Origin: an uncultured Bacilli bacterium
Lineage (GTDB): Bacteria > Bacillota_I > Bacilli_A > RF39 > UBA660
Direction: 5' to 3'
DNA length: 64,000 nt
NCBI GenBank assembly: GCA_934190785.1
Contig: CAKPTA010000002.1
Coordinates: 146,269 to 210,268, forward strand
Part shown: piece after piece, positions 43,897 to 53,472 of the stretch
Layout: each line of letters begins with the position of its first letter
How positions within the stretch are numbered: position 1 is the first letter of the stretch
The notes under the pieces: generated by a model
What the model saw: the letters and a program-made list of their open reading frames with translations, nothing else
Database searches by the model: none
What the model was told of the DNA's origin: nothing
Translations under genes and position numbers: made by a program

Positions 43897-44625
43897 ATGG
43901 AAAGTATTATTAAACTAAAAAATATGGAATATAAGAAATCAGAATATGTTGTGTTAAAGCATATTGATTTTACTTTATATAAAGGTGATTTTTTATGCAT
44001 AATTGGTAAAACTGGAAGTGGAAAAAGTTCATTTGGAAAAATGCTTTCTAATAGCGATATTTATCAAAATAAAGATTTAAATATTAAGTATGCTTATAAA
44101 AAATCACTTGATTATTATGATACTTTGTATGAATATTTTGGAGTACAAAAAAACAATAAAGAAGTATTAGAATTAGCAAAAAATCTTGAACTTATCGAAT
44201 ACCTTGATTATAAACCAAGTAGTTTAAGTTATGGGTATCAATCACTTATATGTCTTATGGAAGCATTATTAGTTAATCCTGATGTTCTTATAATAGATTC
44301 ACTTTTAGATGGGTTATCTATGCCTTTACATGATAAGGTGTTAAAGTTTTTAAAAAGTCTTAATTATAAAAAAAATATAACAATTATATATATAACAGAA
44401 AATATATCAGATGCACTGTTATTTAGAAAAATTGCTATTATAAGTGATGGTACAATTGTATATAGTGGTACTTTAAAAAAATCATTTATTGATTTAAATA
44501 TATGGAAAAAGGCAGGATTAGAGTTGCCTTTTGAAATAGAACTTTCAAAGAAGTTAGAGTATTATGGATTAGTTGATGAACCAATATTTAGTGTAGATAA
44601 GTTGGTGGATAAGTTATGGAAATAG
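43897..44625 (+). CDS. ABC-type ATPase, EcfA1 (CbiO)-like but with degenerate catalytic motifs
   Basis: Walker A GKTGSGKSS is intact. Signature is LSYGYQS instead of LSGGQ. Walker B is LIIDSLLDG with no catalytic Glu. H-loop is ITENISD. Sits where ecfA lies in Firmicutes (rplQ...ecfA-ecfA'-ecfT-truA). Confidence 0.6.
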   Translation: MESIIKLKNMEYKKSEYVVLKHIDFTLYKGDFLCIIGKTGSGKSSFGKMLSNSDIYQNKDLNIKYAYKKSLDYYDTLYEYFGVQKNNKEVLELAKNLELIEYLDYKPSSLSYGYQSLICLMEALLVNPDVLIIDSLLDGLSMPLHDKVLKFLKSLNYKKNITIIYITENISDALLFRKIAIISDGTIVYSGTLKKSFIDLNIWKKAGLELPFEIELSKKLEYYGLVDEPIFSVDKLVDKLWK

Positions 44626-45428
44626 TTTTAAATAATGTATGTTATAGTATAAATAAAGTAAATTATAAAAAAAAATCAGTTTTAGAAAATTTATCCATAA
44701 AGTTTGATACTGGGTTAATTCATGGTATAGTAGGAAAAAGTGGAAGTGGAAAGACGATTTTAATTGAGTTGTTAGCTGGAAAAAGAGAGATTACATCAGG
44801 AGAGATAAAATTATCTTTCGCTAATAATGAAATTGGCTTTTTAACTGAAGAAGATAATGATAAAAGAAATATTTTAGTTGTAGATAAAATGAAAGAGGAA
44901 ATATGTCTATATAAAAATATGAATCATTTGGAATTTAATAAACGAATAATAGATTCATTAAAAATGGTTAATCTTAATGAATCATATTTATATAAAAATT
45001 GGGTAAGTTTAAGTAGTGGTGAAAAAAAGAAAATTTTAATTGCTATTATGTTATTTCACAATCCGAAACTTTTATTGCTTGATGATCCATTTAGAGGTAT
45101 TGATTCTAAGGGTAAAAATGAATTGTGTAAATTTTTAAAAATGTTAAAGAACAGATATAATAAAACAATTGTTATAACAAGTAATGACGTTGATTCATTA
45201 CATAAAATAGTTGATAAAGTTTATATATTAAATGGTGGAAATATTTGTTTGAGTGGTGATAAATATCAAGTTTTTTCAAATGTTTCAAAATTAAAAAAAT
45301 ATGGAGTGGCTGTACCTAGATGTATTTTATTTTCTAATACTGTATTAAAAAGAAAAAATATAAAGATTGGTTATCGTGATGATATAAATGATTTATTAAA
45401 AGATATTTATAGATATGCAAAATGGTAG
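44616..45428 (+). CDS. ABC-type ATPase, EcfA2-like with degenerate catalytic motifs
   Basis: Walker A GKSGSGKT. Signature LSSGEKKK. Walker B LLLLDDPF (Glu replaced by Asp). H-loop His replaced (VITSNDV). 270 aa. Confidence 0.6.
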   Translation: MEIVLNNVCYSINKVNYKKKSVLENLSIKFDTGLIHGIVGKSGSGKTILIELLAGKREITSGEIKLSFANNEIGFLTEEDNDKRNILVVDKMKEEICLYKNMNHLEFNKRIIDSLKMVNLNESYLYKNWVSLSSGEKKKILIAIMLFHNPKLLLLDDPFRGIDSKGKNELCKFLKMLKNRYNKTIVITSNDVDSLHKIVDKVYILNGGNICLSGDKYQVFSNVSKLKKYGVAVPRCILFSNTVLKRKNIKIGYRDDINDLLKDIYRYAKW

Positions 45429-45435
45429 GTGTTAT

Positions 45436-46167
45436 ATGAGATATTTAATTACATTCTCTTATGATGGAACGAATTATAATGGTTATCAAAGACAACCAAA
45501 TGTAAAAACCATTGAAGATGAAATAGAAAAGGTATTATATAAAATAAATGGTAATAATGCTGTTATTATTCATGCTACAGGGCGAACTGATGCCCATGTT
45601 CATGCTATAAATCAAAAAGCTCATTTTGATTTGTTATTAGAAATTCCTAATTCTAATTTAAAGAAAGCTATGAATAGTTTGTTACCAGGTGATATTTATA
45701 TTAAAAATGTAGAAAAGGTTTCATCAGAATTTCATGCACGATATAATATAGTTTCAAAGGAATATATGTATATAATAAATATAGGTGAATATAATCCTTT
45801 AGAGAGAAATTATGTGTATCAGTATAATAAGAAGTTAAATGTAGAAGAAATGAAAAAGGCGATTAAAAATTTTAATGGCGAACATAATTTTAAGTCATTT
45901 ACTAAAACAGATGATAAAAGAGAAGATTATGTTAGAAAAATTTTTTCAACTTCTATTTTATTAGAAGGTAATTATATAAAAATAATCTTTAAAGGAAATG
46001 GTTTTCTACGATATATGGTTCGTAATATGGTTGGCGCATTAATTGCTGTTGGTGAGGATAAAAAAAACTCAGATGATATTGTAAAGATATTACGTATGGA
46101 GGATAGAAAGTATGCTTGTAAAACTGCTCCACCAGAAGGACTTTATTTAAGAGACGTTTTTTATTAA
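45436..46167 (+). CDS. truA: tRNA pseudouridine(38-40) synthase TruA
   Basis: MRYLITFSYDGTNYNGYQRQPN...GRTDAHVHA (catalytic Asp). Confidence 0.9.
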   Translation: MRYLITFSYDGTNYNGYQRQPNVKTIEDEIEKVLYKINGNNAVIIHATGRTDAHVHAINQKAHFDLLLEIPNSNLKKAMNSLLPGDIYIKNVEKVSSEFHARYNIVSKEYMYIINIGEYNPLERNYVYQYNKKLNVEEMKKAIKNFNGEHNFKSFTKTDDKREDYVRKIFSTSILLEGNYIKIIFKGNGFLRYMVRNMVGALIAVGEDKKNSDDIVKILRMEDRKYACKTAPPEGLYLRDVFY

Positions 46168-46182
46168 AAAGTAATATTTTAG

Positions 46183-46293
46183 TTGACTTTTTAAGATATT
46201 TTTAGTACAATTTTAATTGGTACATTTTATATCCCATGAAATAGGTGTTGGGACCACCTGTTTCGAAAATTTAATGTTAGAAAGGGAAATATT
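46183..46293 (+). promoter_or_regulatory. sigma-A-type promoter plus structured leader of rplM-rpsI
   Basis: -35 TTGACT (46183-88), 17-nt spacer, -10 TACAAT (46206-11). Roughly 80-nt leader with GC-rich pairing segments GGTGTTGGGACCACCTG (candidate L13 leader). Confidence 0.45.
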
Positions 46294-46728
46294 ATGAAAA
46301 ATACATATATGCAAAAAAAAGAAGATTTAGTGCGTAATTGGTATGTAATTGATGCTGAAGGTAAGAATTTAGGACGTGTTGCAACTAAAGTAGCACATGT
46401 TTTAAGAGGAAAACATAAAGCAACATTTACACCTCATATGGACTGTGGAGATTTTGTTATTGTTATTAATGCTGACAAAGTTAATTTAACTGGAAATAAA
46501 TTAAATGACAAAATTTATTACAATCATAGTGGGTATACTGGTGGTCTTAGAGAAAGAACTGCTCGTGAAATGAAAGAAAATTATCCAGTTGAAATGATGG
46601 AAAGAGCCGTAAAAGGAATGCTTCCAAAAGGAAGACTAGGACGTCAAATGTATAAAAAATTATTTGTGTATGCTGGAAGTGAACATCCACATACTGCTCA
46701 ACAACCTGTTGAGTTAAAGATGGATTAG
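46294..46728 (+). CDS. rplM: 50S ribosomal protein L13
   Basis: [21 protein letters not shown]. 144 aa. Confidence 0.95.
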   Translation: MKNTYMQKKEDLVRNWYVIDAEGKNLGRVATKVAHVLRGKHKATFTPHMDCGDFVIVINADKVNLTGNKLNDKIYYNHSGYTGGLRERTAREMKENYPVEMMERAVKGMLPKGRLGRQMYKKLFVYAGSEHPHTAQQPVELKMD

Positions 46729-46740
46729 GAGGAATTTAAC

Positions 46741-47157
46741 ATGGCTGAAAAGAAAGTTTATACAGGAACTGGAAGAAGAAAATCTTCAATAGCTCAAGTT
46801 AGAATGACTTCTGGAAAAGGTTCTATTACTGTTAATGGAAGAGATGTTCGTGATTTCTTTCCATATGAAACTAATGTAATGGATTTAATGCAACCACTAG
46901 TTGCAACAGGAAATGAGAGTACATTTGATATTACTGTTAAAGTTAATGGTGGAGGATTTACTGGACAAACTGGAGCAATTCGTTTAGGAATTACAAGAGC
47001 TTTACTAGAGTTTGATGCTCCAAATGAAGGTAATGAAGGTTGCTACCGTCAAATTTTAAAAAAGGCTGGATTTATAACTCGTGATTCAAGAGCTAAAGAA
47101 CGTAAGAAACCAGGTTTAAAAGCTGCACGTCGTGCACCACAGTTCTCAAAACGATAA
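46741..47157 (+). CDS. rpsI: 30S ribosomal protein S9
   Basis: 138 aa, ending RRAPQFSKR. Terminator at 47173-47200 (AATTCAAG/CTTGAATT plus T-run). Confidence 0.95.
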   Translation: MAEKKVYTGTGRRKSSIAQVRMTSGKGSITVNGRDVRDFFPYETNVMDLMQPLVATGNESTFDITVKVNGGGFTGQTGAIRLGITRALLEFDAPNEGNEGCYRQILKKAGFITRDSRAKERKKPGLKAARRAPQFSKR

Positions 47158-47255
47158 TATGCATATATCGAAAATTCAAGTTTATCTTGAATTTTTTTCT
47201 TTGAAATGATGATTTTATATTTGATATTAGTTATAATATATATGGTGAATATTTT

Positions 47256-48131
47256 ATGAAAGTAAGTAATGAATGGAAAGATTATTGTATTATAGATGCA
47301 GGATCAAAAGAAAAACTAGAAAAATGGAACAATATTATTTTGCGAAGACCAGACCCTAGCGCTATTTGGAATATAGAACAAGGCGATGAATGGAATAATG
47401 TAGATGGATTTTATCATAGAAGCTCAAAGGGTGGAGGTTCATGGGAATTCAAAAAGAAGTTACCAGAATATTGGACTATTGGTTATCACGGTTTAACTTT
47501 TAAAGTTAGTCCAACTAATTTTAAACATACTGGTTTATTTCCTGAACAGGCTATAAATTGGGATTTTATGATGGATAAAATAAGTAAAGCAAATAGAGAA
47601 ATTCGTGTTCTAAACTTGTTTGGTTATACAGGAGGTGCAACAATGGCATGCTCTAAAGCTGGAGCTTCCGTTGTTGTGCATGTTGATGCAGCTAAGGGAA
47701 TTGTAGACTGGGCAAAAGAAAATGCTAAGTTATGTGGCCTTAGTGATAAACATATTCGTTATATTGTAGATGATTGTTTAAAGTTTGTTTTACGTGAAAA
47801 AAGAAGAGGTAATACATATGATGCTATAATAATGGATCCTCCATCTTTCGGAAGAGGTCCATCAGGTGAAGTTTGGAAATTCGAAGATAAAATAAGTGAA
47901 TTAGTAGAAGCATGTGTTGAATTATTGAGTGATAAACCTTTATTTTTTCAGATAAATTCTTATACAACTGGTGTTGGAAAAACAGCTATGCAAAATGTTC
48001 TTACAACAACAGTTTTAAAACGTTTTCCGAATGGTATTGTTGAAGCTGACGAAATAGGTTTACCAATTGCCAAAAGTGGTTTAGTTCTTCCTTGCGGAAT
48101 TTATGGAAGATGGTACGAAAAAGATAAATAA
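47256..48131 (+). CDS. class I SAM-dependent (rRNA-type) methyltransferase, RlmI/YbaJ-like
   Basis: LNLFGYTGGATMACSKAGA is SAM motif I. IIMDPPSFGRG is the DPPxF catalytic motif. Position after rpsI matches Bacillus ybaJ. Confidence 0.65.
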   Translation: MKVSNEWKDYCIIDAGSKEKLEKWNNIILRRPDPSAIWNIEQGDEWNNVDGFYHRSSKGGGSWEFKKKLPEYWTIGYHGLTFKVSPTNFKHTGLFPEQAINWDFMMDKISKANREIRVLNLFGYTGGATMACSKAGASVVVHVDAAKGIVDWAKENAKLCGLSDKHIRYIVDDCLKFVLREKRRGNTYDAIIMDPPSFGRGPSGEVWKFEDKISELVEACVELLSDKPLFFQINSYTTGVGKTAMQNVLTTTVLKRFPNGIVEADEIGLPIAKSGLVLPCGIYGRWYEKDK

Positions 48132-48168
48132 TTTTAGAATTAGACATATATTTTAATAAGGTGATAAT

Positions 48169-48834
48169 GTGTTACGTTATAAAATATGTGTTTTATTTTT
48201 ATTTATTGTTGGTATATGTTCTTCAAGTTTTGTTTTAGCAAGAGATAATAGTTTACCTCTTTTTGGTAAGGTTATATATATTGACCCAGGTCATGGAGGT
48301 GTTGATCCAGGGGCTATGTATAAAGATATTAAAGAAAAAGATATTAATTTAAGTATTAGTAATGTTATATCCGATAAACTTACGAAACTTGGTGCAATTG
48401 TGTATTTAACCAGATATGATGATTATGATTTAGCTATAACAAATACAATAAATCGAAAACGAAGTGATTTATCAAGACGTGGGAATATAATTAATAGATC
48501 AAATTGCGATATATTTTTATCCATACATTTGAATGCTGAAGAAACAGGAATATGGAGAGGTGCCCAAGTATTTTATAATAATGAAAATAAAGAAAATGAG
48601 GTACTTGCTAAATTATTGCAAAAGAATTTTAATAAAAGACTTAATAGTAATAGAGAGTATAAATTAGCTAATGATTTATATCTCCAAAAAAGAGTTGATA
48701 GGCCAGGAGTATTAATTGAAGTTGGCTTTTTAAGTAATGCAAGTGATAGATATCTTCTTAAACAAGCAAGTTATCAAAATAAAGTTGCAGTAGTTGTAAC
48801 TGATAGTATAGTTGAATATTTTTTACAAAAATAG
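48169..48834 (+). CDS. cwlD: germination-specific N-acetylmuramoyl-L-alanine amidase CwlD-like (Amidase_3)
   Basis: Signal/TM N-terminus. VIYIDPGHGGVDPGA...LSIHLNAEE (Zn ligands). Position after rpsI/ybaJ matches Bacillus cwlD. Confidence 0.8.
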   Translation: MLRYKICVLFLFIVGICSSSFVLARDNSLPLFGKVIYIDPGHGGVDPGAMYKDIKEKDINLSISNVISDKLTKLGAIVYLTRYDDYDLAITNTINRKRSDLSRRGNIINRSNCDIFLSIHLNAEETGIWRGAQVFYNNENKENEVLAKLLQKNFNKRLNSNREYKLANDLYLQKRVDRPGVLIEVGFLSNASDRYLLKQASYQNKVAVVVTDSIVEYFLQK

Positions 48835-48948
48835 TTTAATATCACAAAATTCACACATTATATTGATAGTGTATAATTATACAATTCATTTCACCCAGTA
48901 GCATTTTTATGATATAATCTTTATAGTTATAATAGGAGAGGATATCAT

Positions 48949-49881
48949 ATGGGTAAAAAAATATTTAAAACTTTAGATGAACAAATAGAAATATTACAAA
49001 ATAAAGGTTTAATTATTAATGATATAGATAATGCTAAACAAATATTATTTCGTGAAAACTATTTCTTTGTTAGTGGTTATAGACATTTATTTATGCGCTC
49101 TTCTAAAGAAAATATTTTTATTAAAGGAACTACATTTGATGAGTTGTATGCAACATTTGTTTTTGATAGAAGAATTCGTAATATCATGTTTAAGTATATT
49201 TTAATAATTGAAAATAATATGAAATCAATCATTAGTTATCAATTATCAAAAAAATATGGTATTAAAGAAAGAGATTACTTAAATCCTAAAAATTTTATAC
49301 AAGATGGAATAAAATCAAGACAAGTAAATGATGTAATAGCAAAAATGAAAAGACAAATTCGTGTTAACGGAAAGCAACATACAGCAACACTACATTATTT
49401 AAGTAATTATGGTTATATTCCTATGTGGATTTTAGTAAAAGTTTTATCTTTTGGTATTATTTCTGAATTATATAATATTCTAAAAGCAGAAGATGCATAT
49501 AGTATTGCAGAATATTATAATTTACAGCCTGATTCTCTTTCTATTTATTTAGCAATTTTATCTAATTATAGAAATGTATGTGCCCATGAAGATATTTTAT
49601 ATGACCATAGGATACAAAGGTCTATACCTGATACTAAATATCACTATTTACTTGATATTGAAGCGACAGATGAGGAATATAATTATGGTAAAAATGATTT
49701 GTTTGCCGTAATTATTATTATGAAATTTATGTTACAACCAACTGAGTTTCATGACCTTATCTATGAAATTGGGTATGAAATTGATATATTAGATGGAAAA
49801 GTTGATACAGTACCATTGAATTTAATTTTGAATAAAATTGGTTTTCCTAATAATTGGCGTGATATAGACGATTTAGATTAG
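48949..49881 (+). CDS. Abi_2 family (AbiD/AbiF/AbiR-like) abortive infection protein, HEPN-type
   Basis: 310 aa. The N-terminus LDEQIEILQNKGLIINDIDNAKQILFRENYFFVSGY is characteristic of Abi_2. HEPN motif RNVCAHEDIL (Rx4H). Extended -10 promoter TGATATAAT at 48921-29. Confidence 0.75.
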   Translation: MGKKIFKTLDEQIEILQNKGLIINDIDNAKQILFRENYFFVSGYRHLFMRSSKENIFIKGTTFDELYATFVFDRRIRNIMFKYILIIENNMKSIISYQLSKKYGIKERDYLNPKNFIQDGIKSRQVNDVIAKMKRQIRVNGKQHTATLHYLSNYGYIPMWILVKVLSFGIISELYNILKAEDAYSIAEYYNLQPDSLSIYLAILSNYRNVCAHEDILYDHRIQRSIPDTKYHYLLDIEATDEEYNYGKNDLFAVIIIMKFMLQPTEFHDLIYEIGYEIDILDGKVDTVPLNLILNKIGFPNNWRDIDDLD

Positions 49882-49889
49882 GAGGAGTT

Positions 49890-50969
49890 ATGAAAAAAAA
49901 GATATTATATGTGTCTAATATTCTTTTGGCTCTTATAATTGGGATATTAGGAACTTTATTGTACTTTAATTACAATAATAAAAGTGTAGAAGTTGTTTCT
50001 AAAAATTTACAAAATGTAACAATTACAGAAACAAATACAATAAAAAGTGCAATTGATAAAATATATGATTCTGTTGTCGTTGTTGAAGTAAGTAGCAGAA
50101 CTTCTAGTGGAACAGGAAGTGGATTTGTATATAAAAAAGAAAATGGAAAAGGATATATAATCACTAATCATCATGTTATAGAAGGCGCTGATACTATATA
50201 TGTAACAAATAGTGAAGGTGTAAAAGAAGAAGCAACATTACTTGGAAGTGATGAATATTCAGATATTGCAGTTTTGTCAGTAAATGATGATTTTGTAATA
50301 GGTGTTGCAACAATTGGCGATAGTACAAAATCAGAACTTGGCGATACTGTGTTTACAGTAGGATCTCCACTTGGTAGTAAGTATCAAGGAACGGTTACGA
50401 AAGGAATAATTTCTGGAAAAGATAGGCAAGTTACAGTAAGCCTTACAAATGGAAGTTTCATAATGGAGGTTTTACAAATAGATGCTGCTATTAATCCTGG
50501 AAATAGTGGAGGACCACTTGTTAACATCAATGGTGAGGTAATAGGTGTTAATTCACTTAAACTTGTAGAAGATGAAATAGAAGGAATGGGATTTGCAATT
50601 CCAATTGAACTTGCTATGTCTACTGTTGATAGTTTGGAAAAAGGCGAAAAGATTGTTAGGCCACAAATTGGTGTAGAAGTTGTTGACGTTGATAGTAAGT
50701 ATTTACTTGCACGTTCGAAAATAAAAATTGATTCTGATATTACTGCTGGAGTAGTTATAATATCAACAGTTTCTAATTATCCTGCAGAGAAGTCAGGATT
50801 AGAAGCAGGAGATGTTATAACAGAAGTAGATGGTGTAAAAATAACTGATTCAGCTCACTTCAAATATATATTGTATAAATATAATGTTGGTGATACGATA
50901 AAAGTTAAATATATTCGTAACGGTAAAGAAAAGGAAACTTCAATTAAGTTGTCAGTCGGAATCGAATAA
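49890..50969 (+). CDS. htrA: HtrA/DegP-family trypsin-like serine protease with PDZ domain
   Basis: N-terminal TM. Catalytic triad context TNHHV (His), D, and GNSGGPLVN (Ser). C-terminal PDZ. Confidence 0.85.
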   Translation: MKKKILYVSNILLALIIGILGTLLYFNYNNKSVEVVSKNLQNVTITETNTIKSAIDKIYDSVVVVEVSSRTSSGTGSGFVYKKENGKGYIITNHHVIEGADTIYVTNSEGVKEEATLLGSDEYSDIAVLSVNDDFVIGVATIGDSTKSELGDTVFTVGSPLGSKYQGTVTKGIISGKDRQVTVSLTNGSFIMEVLQIDAAINPGNSGGPLVNINGEVIGVNSLKLVEDEIEGMGFAIPIELAMSTVDSLEKGEKIVRPQIGVEVVDVDSKYLLARSKIKIDSDITAGVVIISTVSNYPAEKSGLEAGDVITEVDGVKITDSAHFKYILYKYNVGDTIKVKYIRNGKEKETSIKLSVGIE

Positions 50970-50980
50970 TTTTAAATTTA

Positions 50981-51023
50981 TTAGCACTCAACGCTTGACA
51001 GTGCCAGTATATTGTGATATTAT
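50981..51023 (+). promoter_or_regulatory. sigma-A promoter of hsp20 overlapped by a CIRCE-like half element
   Basis: -35 TTGACA (50995-51000), 17-nt spacer, -10 TATTAT (51018-23). TTAGCACTC (the CIRCE left arm) lies at 50981-89. The right arm after 9 nt is degenerate (CAGTGCCAG versus GAGTGCTAA). Confidence 0.45.
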
Positions 51024-51122
51024 TAATATGTAAGTGAGAGATAGCTTACAGGTATGATTGAATATATTTATGTGCTACCTAAATGGTGTCAACACATAGA
51101 AAATGAAAGGAAGTAGATATAT

Positions 51123-51542
51123 ATGTTAATGATACCAAGAAGAAATGATTTTGATGTGTTGGATGATATTTTTAGAGATCCATTTTTTACACGTAATAAT
51201 AATGGAATTATGAAAACAGATATAAAAGAAAACAAAGATAGTTATGCAATTGTTGTAGATTTGCCTGGATATGATAAAGATAATATTAAAATTGAGGTAG
51301 AAGATGGTTATTTAACTGTTCATGCTGCAACAAATAATGAAACAGAGGAAAAAGAGGAAGGTAAATTTGTTCGTAAAGAGAGATATTTCGGAGAATGTTC
51401 TCGTAGTTTCTATGTTGGAGAGGCTGTTGAAACCGATGATGTTAAGGCTACATTTAAAAATGGTATATTAACTCTTGAAATTCCAAAAAAAGAAGAGAAG
51501 AAAGAATTGCCTGAAAAGAAATACGTCCAAATTGAAGGATAA
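51123..51542 (+). CDS. Hsp20/alpha-crystallin family small heat-shock protein
   Basis: 139 aa. Alpha-crystallin domain IVVDLPGYDKDNIKIEVEDGYLTVHA. Terminator hairpin at about 51555-51590. Confidence 0.85.
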   Translation: MLMIPRRNDFDVLDDIFRDPFFTRNNNGIMKTDIKENKDSYAIVVDLPGYDKDNIKIEVEDGYLTVHAATNNETEEKEEGKFVRKERYFGECSRSFYVGEAVETDDVKATFKNGILTLEIPKKEEKKELPEKKYVQIEG

Positions 51543-51656
51543 TTTTAAAAATATGAAAGAAGCTCAATATATTGAGTTTCTTTTTTTAATAAAATATATA
51601 AATAATAATAAAAAAATGTTATAATATACGTGAATATAAAAATAATAGAGGTGCAT

Positions 51657-52787
51657 ATGAAAAAATATATAAAGAGAAGTATTAAATTTTTTTGTTTGTC
51701 ACTTATAGTTTGTCCTTTATCTATTCATGCTATAACATTAAAAGAATATGAAGATCAAGTTGCAAAGTATACAGCTGAATTACAAGAAAAACAAAATCAA
51801 ATTGCCAAGAATGAAGAAGAGGCTGCGCAAATAAAAGAAAAAATAAATAGTATCAAGAAACAAATTAATGATGCTGGTTCACAAATTGAATCATTAGAAG
51901 ATGAAATTGTGAAGAGTAATGAACAAATAAAGCAGAAAAAAGAAGAAATAAAAAAAATAGTTAACTATTATCAAATATCTAGTAGTGGAAATTCATATAT
52001 AGAATATATCTTTGGTGCAGAGAGTATTACAGATATGATATATCGTTTAGCTATTTCTGAACAACTTACATCATATAATGATAGAACAATAAAAGAATTA
52101 AATCAATTGATTGAAAATAATGAAAAAAAGAAAGAAGATTTAAGTAAGAAACAAATAGAACTCGGTAATTTAAATGCATCATTGTATGAAGAACAAAGCA
52201 AAATAGAATCTGATACAGGTCAAATAGAGGGAACATTACCTTCTACAACAGGGCAGATTGCTTTTTATCAAAAGAGAGTTGATTATTATAAATCAAAAGG
52301 TTGTAAATCAAATGATGTAATTGGTGTTACATGTGATGTACCAAGTAAAACAACAATTATAGGTGCAAATGGATTTAGATTTCCAGTAGATGGTGGTAGA
52401 ATAACGCAAGCTTACGGTAATGCAGGACATAAAGGTGTTGATATTGGAAAAAGTTGTGGTGCACCAATATATGCTGTTGCAGCAGGAAAAGTATACTATG
52501 TTGGTAGTGACCTAGATAAATATGGTGCTAAGATGGTATTAATTGCTCATAATGTAAATGGAAAGTTGGTATTTTCACAATATGCCCATTTAAGTTCATA
52601 TAATGTATCTGTAAATGAAGATGTTGATATTAATACTATTATTGGATATATGGGTAATACTGGATTATCATTTGGATGTCATTTACATTTAGAAATGTCA
52701 CAAAATATTGGTTGGGGATATAATGGAAGCTATGTTAATTATGTAAAAAATATCATAAGTCCATTTACATATGTACCACGACCATAA
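51657..52787 (+). CDS. M23 family peptidoglycan metalloendopeptidase with N-terminal signal peptide and coiled-coil region
   Basis: Coiled-coil (EEAAQIKEKINSIKKQINDAG...). LytM/M23 motifs HKGVDIG and HLHLE. RBS AGAGGTG lies before the ATG at 51657. Terminator at 52805-52833. Confidence 0.8.
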   Translation: MKKYIKRSIKFFCLSLIVCPLSIHAITLKEYEDQVAKYTAELQEKQNQIAKNEEEAAQIKEKINSIKKQINDAGSQIESLEDEIVKSNEQIKQKKEEIKKIVNYYQISSSGNSYIEYIFGAESITDMIYRLAISEQLTSYNDRTIKELNQLIENNEKKKEDLSKKQIELGNLNASLYEEQSKIESDTGQIEGTLPSTTGQIAFYQKRVDYYKSKGCKSNDVIGVTCDVPSKTTIIGANGFRFPVDGGRITQAYGNAGHKGVDIGKSCGAPIYAVAAGKVYYVGSDLDKYGAKMVLIAHNVNGKLVFSQYAHLSSYNVSVNEDVDINTIIGYMGNTGLSFGCHLHLEMSQNIGWGYNGSYVNYVKNIISPFTYVPRP

Positions 52788-52919
52788 TATAGTTAGTAAT
52801 GAACATGTTTCATTACTTTTTTTATTTAAAATATATTATTAATTAACAATATATTAGATTTATGATAATTAATAACACATTTACGTCTTTTTCATAAAAT
52901 ATTTTTAGGAGGAATATGT

Positions 52920-53192
52920 ATGAATAACTATAAAATTGTTATTGATGCTGGTCATGGTGGAAGTGATCCAGGAGCCAGTGGAAATGGAATAATAGAAAAA
53001 GATTTAACTTTAAAAATATCACAATATATGTATGATAGATTTAGAGAATTAGGAATTCCTGTTACAATGACAAGAACAACAGATGAAACTGTTGAGCCAA
53101 CAGAAAGAGTCAACCGTATTTTAAATGCTTATGGTAATAGTAGTGATGTAATTGTCATTAGTAATCACATAAATGCAGGAGGAGAGACTTAG
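52920..53192 (+). pseudogene. truncated N-acetylmuramoyl-L-alanine amidase (Amidase_3) N-terminal fragment
   Basis: MNNYKIVIDAGHGGSDPGASGNG...ISNHINAGGET then stop at 90 aa. Amidase_3 catalytic domains run about 170-180 aa. No continuation appears in any downstream frame. The AT-rich island begins immediately after. Confidence 0.6.
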
Positions 53193-53472
53193 CTCTTACA
53201 TGGATTAAATTTATAAGGGTATTAAGATGGCTGTATTTAAATGATTGAGTTAGATAGTATAAATTATCTAGAACGATATTAAATGATGTTAAAATAGTGT
53301 TTATTTGAGAGATAAATGCTATTTTTTGCTTTTTAATTAAAAAACATTAAATTGTCCTGAAAATACTGAAAAAAATGTCAAAATATGATAATATATACTT
53401 GTGAGGATAAGCAGTATTTAATCTTTTTAAGATGGATACTGCTTATTTTTTGAAATAAAGGAAGTGCCAGTA

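Noticed and set aside
53464-53472. GTG start at 53464 proposed by the ORF track for the large NTPase
   Set aside because: The RBS AAAGGAAG ends at 53464, leaving no spacer. The ATG at 53473 has a 9-nt spacing and is the more plausible start.
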